Shown here one piece after another: positions 1 to 5,793 of a stretch of DNA of 5,793 nt. A program made the position numbers and the translations under genes. The notes below the pieces were generated by a model. The model was not told the DNA's origin. It ran no database searches and saw only the letters and a list, made by a program, of their open reading frames with translations. How positions within the stretch are numbered: position 1 is the first letter of the stretch; every line of letters begins with the position of its first letter. Origin of the DNA: Octopus sinensis (Eukaryota); assembly GCF_006345805.1 (NCBI RefSeq), contig NW_021829822.1, forward strand, positions 1 through 5,793. Reading direction: 5' to 3'.

Positions 1-372
1 GTGTGGTGTTGTGTGGAAAAGAATACAAACTGGGACAAGAACGCAAACAGTTAGAAGACGATACAAAAAACACGGATGTATATTCGAAGGTTTCAATCTT
101 CAGTCAAGAAGCCGATCATCCTCGCAATTTCGGCTGATTAATCTTGAGATTGCTCCAATCTGGCCAGCCCCAAAGGAAAATCTAAGTCAAGCGCATTAGA
201 TTCCTTGGAAGAAAGCTTCGAATGTATACAAAACAAGGACGGAAAAACGGACGAGGTACACGAATAAGAATACAAAAATACGTAAAAACAATAATGATAA
301 TAATAATAACAAAAACAGGACGTCACAGACAGGCGTCTATCGACAGGACGAGTAAACTTTGAGCTGGTGTGT
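1..372 (-). repeat. Unclassified interspersed-repeat-like segment carrying a hammerhead-like motif (possible PLE-derived 3' region)
   Basis: Complex, non-simple sequence ending at the (AT)n tract at 374. It has no credible ORF but contains the minus-strand CTGAAGA-TT-GAAAC core and flanking stems. It resembles a repeat I recall from octopus DNA (unverified). The left end may lie outside the window. Confidence 0.45.
84..158 (-). ncRNA. Hammerhead-like motif, type III topology, lacking stem II
   Basis: Minus strand: AUC triplet (150-148), then TCAAGA (147-142) pairing with TCTTGA (109-104) and AGCCGA (135-130) pairing with TCGGCT (115-110). Core CTGAAGA (103-97), 2-nt linker TT, GAAA (94-91). 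Stem III is imperfect: A91-U149, a 3x1 internal loop, then TTGGAG (158-153) with CTTCGA (89-84), including two G-U pairs. Confidence 0.45.
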
Positions 373-373
373 T

Positions 374-394
374 TATATATTATAGATATGTATA

Positions 395-435
<41 letters not shown>

Positions 436-490
436 TATATATAGATATAGATATAGATATAGATATAGATATAGATTATATATACATACA
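374..490. repeat. (AT)n / (ATATAG)n microsatellite
   Basis: Directly visible dinucleotide run with an embedded ATATAG hexamer run at about 443-475. Confidence 0.97.
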
Positions 491-850
491 CCATCACAAA
501 ACCCTTTCGAACGAGCAATACTGATTCCACGGCTCCATGCTTTGAAATGACTAAACATGAAGTGCTACGGGAACTTACATACCATGTACAGGAAACATTT
601 TTACCACTTCTATGCACCATTTTCCTCGAATACTAGAACTGCAACTACAATATCTTTATATATCTTATTTCGACTTTCTCTCACTTCCCTCTATATTCCC
701 TATCTTTTCCACAATAATTCGAACTCAGATATTCTCTCACACCGTTTCTGATGAAGGGATATCCATAATATCCCAGAAACAGCTGTAAGACTATTTCATT
801 ATAAATGACCTGAAAACTCCTCACAGCCTTGGATTTCTTATCTTATTCTG
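491..850 (+). mobile_element. Degenerate 3' end of a Penelope-like element (endonuclease C-terminal remnant, pyrimidine-rich 3' UTR, hammerhead)
   Basis: Frame 500-556 reads NPFERAILIPRLHALK*LN, resembling the E..I..L.TL.P.GLN ending of PLE GIY-YIG ORFs with the P.G part damaged. A CT-rich tract follows, then a minimal hammerhead at 744-791, the layout known for PLE termini. Boundaries are approximate. Confidence 0.55.
744..791 (+). ncRNA. Minimal type I hammerhead ribozyme (PLE-type, palindromic stem III)
   Basis: Stem I GTTT (744-747) / AGAC (788-791), 4 bp with one G-U. Core CTGATGA (748-754). Stem II GGGATAT (756-762) / ATATCCC (768-774), 7 perfect bp. GAAA (776-779). Palindrome ACAGCTGT (779-786). 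Cleavage triplet GTA (785-787). Confidence 0.8.
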
Positions 851-854
851 CCTA

Positions 855-886
<32 letters not shown>

Positions 887-887
887 A

Positions 888-931
<44 letters not shown>
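855..931. repeat. (TA)n microsatellite
   Basis: Directly visible. Confidence 0.97.
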
Positions 932-932
<1 letters not shown>

Positions 933-1016
933 GTATGTTGTATGTATGGATGGATGGATGGATGTATGTTATGTATGTATGTATGTATGTATGTATGTAT
1001 GTATGTATGTATGTAT
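932..1016. repeat. (TATG)n microsatellite with a short (GATG)n block
   Basis: Directly visible. It abuts the 3' end of the minus-strand RTE remnant. Confidence 0.97.
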
Positions 1017-1424
1017 CATTTAACGTCCGTTTCCAGCCTGGTCCATTGTCTGTTTTTTAATTTGCTTCTACGGCTCGATGCCCTTCATAACGCTGGACAC
1101 TTTACAGAGTGTAGTGGGTGCCTTTTACGTGGTACCATAAAAGTGCCAGTACCTTTCCTATGGCACCAGTACTGGTGCTTTTTGCGTGACACAAGCAAGA
1201 TAGCATTTTATGCAGGACCCTGGTTTTATGATATCAGTTTTCTTGTGGTCGGTGGGTCTTCTTGAGTAGAGCAATATGTCACATCTCGGTCCCTTGCCAT
1301 CGCCTTCATAAAGCCCAGTGTTTTGAGATTGGCCTTCAATACTTCGTCTCATGTCTTCCGGGATCTCCCTCGTCCACTTTGTATGATCGGCCCTTCTTTA
1401 TACAGCTGTCCTCATTCCGCCCCC
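1017..1424 (-). mobile_element. 5'-truncated, decayed RTE-type LINE 3' end (ORF C-terminus plus 3' UTR)
   Basis: Minus strand 1419-1384 reads RNEDSCIKKGRS. After a frameshift, 1372-1280 reads RGRSRKT*DEVLKANLKTLGFMKAMARDRDV, matching the RGRPRKTW.....DL..LGL......DR..W C-terminal motif of RTE-clade ORFs, with W mutated to TGA at 1351-1349. A 3' UTR follows and ends in short tandem repeats. Confidence 0.75.
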
Positions 1425-1426
1425 AA

Positions 1427-1630
1427 TCCATCCATCCATCCATCCACCCATACATACATACATACATACATACATACATACATACATACATACATACACA
1501 CACACATACATACATACATACATACATGCATACATGCATACATTCATGCATACATACACACATACATACATACATACATACATACATACAAACATACATA
1601 CATATATACATACAAGCATACATACATACA
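1427..1630. repeat. (CATC)n then (CATA)n/(CA)n microsatellite
   Basis: Directly visible. Confidence 0.97.
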
Positions 1631-1671
1631 ATTTCTGTCATCAATGACAACAGGTTCCATGATGTGTCTGA

Positions 1672-1885
1672 GTGTGTGTGTTTGCGTCTCTGTGTGTGTT
1701 TGTGTGTATGCTTGTGTCTGTATGTATTTGTGTCTGTGTTTGTATGTGTGTTTGTGTGTATGTGTGTGTTTTGTATGTGTGTGTTTTGTATGTGTGCGTA
1801 TGTGTGTGCGTGTGTTTGTGTCTGTGTCTGTGTGTGTGTGTGTGTTTGTGTGTTCTTTCTTGTGTGTGTGTGAGTGTGCTTGTGT
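1672..1885. repeat. Degenerate (TG)n microsatellite
   Basis: Directly visible, interrupted TG run. Confidence 0.95.
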
Positions 1886-1959
1886 CCTCCCTACATGAAA
1901 CAAATATACAAGTTGAAGTATTCCAGAGATCAATCACAAAGAATAACTGACGATATGTC

Positions 1960-2300
1960 AGGTCTTTATTACTGAGATAGGACTCAAGAAACTTTATTGC
2001 CTCCAACGCTACGGTGAGCACTACATCATTCGTATGAGGTGGAACATATTCCGACAAACGAATATTTTAGGATCGTTGCCCTCTCGGCCGAGCAAATTTT
2101 GCATCGTTTGCTTCCATTGAGTAATGGTCCAGGCTGTTCCAGGAGCTTCCATTTACTACTGTATGGCCTTTCTTTTTCTTTTGAACGCCATATGTTGTTG
2201 GTCAAAGCCGTAAGATTGTGCGTCATTGGGATCCTAGAAAAAGGACCTGTGCTATTTGGTCCCAGTTTAAAGGAGTCCTCCCTTGCTACGATGTATATCC
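1960..2300 (-). pseudogene. Decayed Penelope-like element GIY-YIG endonuclease C-terminal region
   Basis: ORF 2226-2026 reads TALTNNIWRSKEKERPYSSKWKLLEQPGPLLNGSKRCKICSAERATIL. This matches the T.LS.YIW.LK....Y.IKWKI....PY....K.C.LC..EK..I pattern I know from PLE ORF C-termini, including the CxxC. The frame is open upstream to about 2298 (IYIVAREDS...). Downstream CSAHR and KFL pieces lie in broken frames. Confidence 0.7.
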
Positions 2301-2357
2301 GTGTATGTGTGTTTAGTTGTTGGTGCTGTTGCTACAATCGCTGCCGTTGCTGCTGCA

Positions 2358-2358
<1 letters not shown>

Positions 2359-2392
<34 letters not shown>

Positions 2393-2485
2393 TGTATGTA
2401 TGTATGTATGTATGTATGTATGTATGTATGTATGTATGTATGCATGCATGTATGTATGTATGTATGTATGTATGTATGTATGTAT
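2359..2485. repeat. (TATG)n microsatellite
   Basis: Directly visible, nearly perfect run with one TGCA interruption. Confidence 0.98.
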
Positions 2486-2978
2486 AGCGTATTCTTTCCA
2501 TGCGTTATATAAAACCTGACTCTAAACAGAGAAAATAGTTCAAATACGTTTTTATTTGTAATACGTTTTATATTTCACAGGAAAAAGAGTCTCGACGCGG
2601 TTACAAATAGAAACTTGTTTATTGATATCACACGGTCTCTGATGAACAATTAATTTTACTAAATAAAGTCTGCATATCAATGAATGCTGAACACGTCAAG
2701 ATGAAATATGTGCAAAGCTGAACAAAGAAATTTAGCTCTCAAAAAATTTAGGCTATATGCAACAAAGGAAATAAGTATGATAATACAGAGAAAACAATGT
2801 AAAAGCTCACAGAGTGTAACTTAATGGAACGCGACAAAATTCAGTGAATAAAGTATTTTGAGAGTTCGTTTTGAAGTGTTCAGGTAATAGAATATTTATT
2901 AGAAAGAAACATGTCAGAAAAAAATATAGTTTGAAAATAGGAAGAGCAATTTAGAACTGAATATGATATATAAGCATA

Positions 2979-3180
2979 GGCGACGAGCTGGCGGGATCGT
3001 TAGTAGGTCGGGTAAAATGAGTAGCGGCATTTCGTTTGTCTTCGTGTTATGAGTTTAAATTCTTGCAGAGGTAGAATTTGCCATACGGGGTGGATAAAAT
3101 AAATACCAATTGAACGCTGGGGTCGAAGTAATCGACTTATCTTTTCCCTCAAAATTGCTGGCCTTGTGTTAAAATTTAAA
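2979..3180 (+). mobile_element. Decayed tRNA-derived SINE
   Basis: The head GGCGACGAGCTGGCGGGATCGTTAG matches the reverse complement of 4477-4502. A B-box-like GAGTTTAAATTC lies at 3051-3062. The body and tail (ggccttgtg) align with the reverse complement of 3891-4089. Confidence 0.8.
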
Positions 3181-3220
3181 GCGATATGCGATATACATGC
3201 AGAATTTAATAGAATGTGAT

Positions 3221-3260
3221 TGTGCGTATGTGTGTGAGTATGTGTGGTGTGTGTGTGTGT

Positions 3261-3300
<40 letters not shown>
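3221..3300. repeat. (TG)n microsatellite, followed by a GA-rich tract to about 3368
   Basis: Directly visible. Confidence 0.97.
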
Positions 3301-3301
<1 letters not shown>

Positions 3302-3729
3302 TTATCATGATAGAGAGTGACAGAAAGAGGAGAGAATGTGGGTGAAAGAGAATGTGGATGTGAGAGAAAATGTCTTCGCTGTCTCGGCGATCAGCTCAAA
3401 CGAAAATGAAAAATGACGTTGCTTTTGTTAGAAAAAAATGGATGTCTCAAACGAAATATATCTTTTCTGCTTCGAAAAGCTCTAAAGTTAAGATTGAATT
3501 ATTTGTGTTTATTCAATATTTGCTGGAAATATTGTTAAAACAGAACCATGTGACATGCAGAGAAACAAACTCTTATCTGGAATTATTTTCTATTAGGCAA
3601 CTTTTGACTGCAAAAATACAAAGCTTGCTTTCATTGGTTGAATACAGTCACTTGATATACACACAAACCTATGCAACTTCTTGGGTCACTTTTGCTAATT
3701 TTAAAGCTTAAAAAACAAACTACAACATA

Positions 3730-3890
3730 TATTTTATCTTTTTACTTGTTTCAAATAAATGAATCAAATGAATCGACCCAAGTAGTTATTATTTTATTGG
3801 TCTCTTTTGCCGAACCGCTAAGTTACAAGAATGTAAATGTACCAACACAAGTCGTCAAGCGGTAATGGGAACAAGCACAAACACACACAC
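3730..3890 (-). mobile_element. Probable 3' fragment of a second SINE family ending in an internal (CA)n tract
   Basis: The segment tcgacccaagta...ggtctcttttgccgaaccgctaagttac...gtcaagcg followed by (CA)n resembles a cephalopod SINE I recall. There is no second copy in the window to confirm it. Confidence 0.45.
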
Positions 3891-4089
3891 ATTCTTTTCT
3901 ACTCCAGGCACAAGGCCCGAAATTTGGGGGGAGGGTCCAGTCAATTAGATTAACCCCAGTACGCAACTGGTACTTAATTTATCGACCTCGAAAGGAAGAA
4001 AGCAAAGTCGATCACAGCGAAATTTGAACACAAAACATAAAGGCAGACGGAATACTGCTAAGCCTTTCGCCCAGCATGCTAAAGTTTCT
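3891..4089 (-). mobile_element. tRNA-derived SINE, unit A (5'-truncated, tail type 1)
   Basis: Shares ccccagtacgcaactggtacttaatttatcgac...aaagtcga...aatttgaac...gcagacg.aatac with units B and C. The head stops at aaagtttct (4089). The tail resembles that of the copy at 2979-3180. Confidence 0.85.
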
Positions 4090-4272
4090 TATTTGTTTAC
4101 TGCCAACAAGAGACTAAACATAAAGGGACAAGCAAGGACAGACAAAGGGATTAAGTCGATTACATTGACCCCAGTGCGTAACTGGTAGTTAATTTATCGA
4201 CCCAGAAAGTATGAAAGGCAAAGTCGACCTCCGCGGAATTTGAACTTAGAAAGTAGCGGCAGACGAAATACC
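4090..4272 (-). mobile_element. tRNA-derived SINE, unit B (5'-truncated, tail type 2)
   Basis: Direct repeat of 4273-4454. The head ends at gaaatacc (4272), so the A-box region is missing. Confidence 0.88.
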
Positions 4273-4502
4273 TATTTCTTTACTACCCACAAGGGGCTAA
4301 ACACAGAGAGGACAAACAAGGACATATAAACGGATTAAGCCGATTATATCGACCCAGTACGTAACTGGTACTTAATTTATCAATCCCGAAAGGATGAAAG
4401 GTAAAGTCGACCTCAGCGCAATTTGAACTCAGAACGTAACGGCAGACGAAATACTGCTAAACATTTCGCCCGGCGTGCTAACGTTTCTGCCAGCTCGCCG
4501 CC
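4273..4502 (-). mobile_element. tRNA-derived SINE, unit C (full head, tail type 2)
   Basis: On the minus strand it starts GGCGGCGAGCTGGCAGAAACGTTAGC (4502-4477, A-box-like) and has a B-box-like GAGTTCAAATTGC (4430-4418). The body is shared with units A and B and the 2979 copy. Confidence 0.9.
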
Positions 4503-4504
4503 TT

Positions 4505-4560
4505 GCACGCACACACACTCACACACAAACACACACATACACACACACATACACACACAC
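4505..4560. repeat. (CA)n microsatellite
   Basis: Directly visible. Confidence 0.95.
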
Positions 4561-4657
4561 ATTAACATATATAGTCTCACATTTCTCTATTTCTCTATAA
4601 TAATAAACGATGTTGTTGGTTGGTTAGTTGGTTGAGTTCTTCAGTCACGCTTTATAT

Positions 4658-5179
4658 CAGTAGTTCTCAACAGGGTCTATAAGACCCTGGGGCTCCATAT
4701 CAGAATTTTGTTGGAGGTCCACGGTAGCAATATCCTAAACTGGGAATCCGCAGGTAAAAGTTCAAGTGTTTTTAGTAAAGTTTTGATTTCAATGTTTCTG
4801 TCGCAAGATACAGGTTTCTTTCTCTAACATTTTACAGAGTTCAACCTACACGAGTGAATGTGGGAAAAACAGAATAGGAATTTTGAAAGAAGTTCCTATA
4901 AAACTAGCTTTTAAATTACGGAGATGTACTTGCATAGCGAGTGACTTGATCTGAGATCGTGTGCTGGAACGAAAACAATTGCAGCGTGGAAGGTGTTTAT
5001 AAGCCATTTAAGAAACATACAAAAACCGTTAGATTCATTTCGACATTTAAATTTAATTTGTCAAAATATTTTCGTCGCTTTGAGACCACGACCTGTTATC
5101 AAACGATTATAAGTGTCCATCAGAATAAAACAGAAATCAAAGGAGTCCATCGATAAAACAAAATTGTTGAGATCGTCTG
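4658..5179. mobile_element. Non-autonomous hAT-type DNA transposon (MITE)
   Basis: Left TIR CAGTAGTTCTCAAC (4658-4671) versus the reverse complement of the right end, CAGACGATCTCAAC (5166-5179): 11/14 identical. The flanking 8-mers CTTTATAT (4650-4657) and CTTTACGT (5180-5187) are 6/8 identical, consistent with a decayed 8-bp hAT TSD. GG(G/A)GTCCA-like subterminal motifs occur near both ends. No transposase ORF. Confidence 0.8.
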
Positions 5180-5194
5180 CTTTACGTAGTATAG

Positions 5195-5245
5195 AGGACA
5201 GGAGATAGAGAGAGGGGGGAAGAGAGGGAGAGAAAGAGAGAGAAA
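5195..5245. repeat. GA-rich low-complexity tract
   Basis: Directly visible (GA/GGGA) run. A second short one lies at about 5328-5350. Confidence 0.9.
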
Positions 5246-5378
5246 CGGTTAGTGTAAGAGTTGCAGTATGGATGCATTTACTTGGGGATAGACAATGCGT
5301 TTTACGCTCTTTTAGAAGGCTACAAACGAAGAGAAACAAAGAGAGAGGGAGGTGGGGATGAATCCGAGAGACATAGAA

Positions 5379-5550
5379 GTGGTTGTAGTGATGAACTCAC
5401 GATCACATTGTCATGGTTTCGATTCCTGCAGCGAGTGATGCAAAGCACTTCACCTCACGTCGTTCTGCCATCGCTTCAACATCTGACAGGTGGTAAAGGT
5501 AACGTGCACCTTCAAATGTAACGTCGATTTGAAGGCGGGAATGAAAGAGT
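5379..5550 (+). mobile_element. Possible heavily decayed tRNA-derived SINE
   Basis: GTGGTT... head-like start and B-box-like GGTTTCGATTCC (5415-5426). The downstream aaagcacttcacctcacgt resembles a SINE central domain as I recall it. It is degenerate and has no second copy in the window. Confidence 0.4.
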
Positions 5551-5793
5551 TTAGAACACACACACATGAACACCGCGCACAAATCATCTGTGCAGGTTCG
5601 ATTTTTTTTCCCTTTTGACGGTTTCCGTGGTAGGACTGTGGCCATACTGGAATACCAGTTCAACAAGAAGTTTCGGAAGCTTCATGTTATTTACAAGAGT
5701 TCACTCTATATTATTTATTTTTTTATTTTTCGACCAATTTGCCCAAATCAGTCAAGCTGCTAAAGGGCTTAATCCAGTTTTTTATGAAATTTC

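Noticed and set aside
194-223. CATTAGA-TTCCTTGGAA-GAAAGC as a plus-strand hammerhead
   Set aside because: Three of the core residues (U4, G5, A6) are wrong and there is no stem I.
138-620. 160-aa minus-strand ORF and overlapping 373-558 ORF
   Set aside because: They run through the (AT)n tract (YIYI repeats) and show no recognisable domain.
1890-1962. CTGACGA (1947-1953) with upstream GAAAC (1897-1901) as a possible type II hammerhead
   Set aside because: A stem II-like pairing exists (CCTACAT with ATGTCAGG), but stems I and III do not form. The core is also sequestered in a CTGAC/GTCAG hairpin and lies antisense to the PLE remnant.
942-2057. Long ORFs such as 942-1265, 1262-1873, 1323-1898, 1336-1650, 1544-1933 and 1641-2057
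   Set aside because: Their length comes from stop-free microsatellites (MYVC, HTYI, CV and HT repeats). The only informative parts are the RTE and PLE remnants reported separately.
2610-2670. CTGATGA at 2639-2645 with GAAAC at 2610-2614
   Set aside because: There is no GAAA downstream, and neither stem I nor stem II pairs in the type II arrangement.
2490-2978. AT-rich unique stretch
   Set aside because: No ORF, terminal repeats or convincing structure were found by eye on either strand.
3370-3711. 113-aa ORF in AT-rich unique sequence, with an 11-bp direct repeat CTCAAACGAAA (3395-3405, 3446-3456)
   Set aside because: There is no recognisable motif, the composition is typical of AT-rich non-coding DNA, and I cannot support splice sites. 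A host exon cannot be excluded without RNA data.
3891-4502. Repeated units as a CRISPR-like array
   Set aside because: The repeats are about 180-230 bp diverged SINE bodies without unique spacers, in eukaryotic DNA, with no cas genes.
4400-4502. tRNA gene
   Set aside because: A- and B-box-like motifs are present, but I could not fold a cloverleaf and the segment continues into a SINE body repeated four times in the window.
4638-4644. Minus-strand CTGAAGA
   Set aside because: No stem II or GAAA follows it. An isolated 7-mer is expected by chance.

Overview
Eukaryotic, repeat-saturated non-coding DNA with no intact protein-coding gene. Most long ORFs in the track are translations of (TA)n, (CATA/TATG)n and (CA/TG)n microsatellites. 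Between the microsatellites lie decayed mobile elements: two Penelope-like (PLE) endonuclease-tail remnants (500-556 +, ~1960-2300 -), an RTE-type LINE 3' end (1017-1424 -), several tRNA-derived SINE copies including a head-to-tail trimer (3891-4502 -), and a hAT-type MITE with TIRs and an 8-bp target duplication (4658-5179). The repeat families resemble those I recall from octopus (coleoid cephalopod) genomes, but that assignment is unverified. The most interesting signal is at the RNA-structure level. There is a near-complete minimal type I hammerhead ribozyme with palindromic stem III (744-791 +), a stem-II-less hammerhead-like motif with type III topology (84-158 -), and a hammerhead 3' half (5060-5092 -) inside the MITE. 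All folds were paired by eye and none is shown to cleave.
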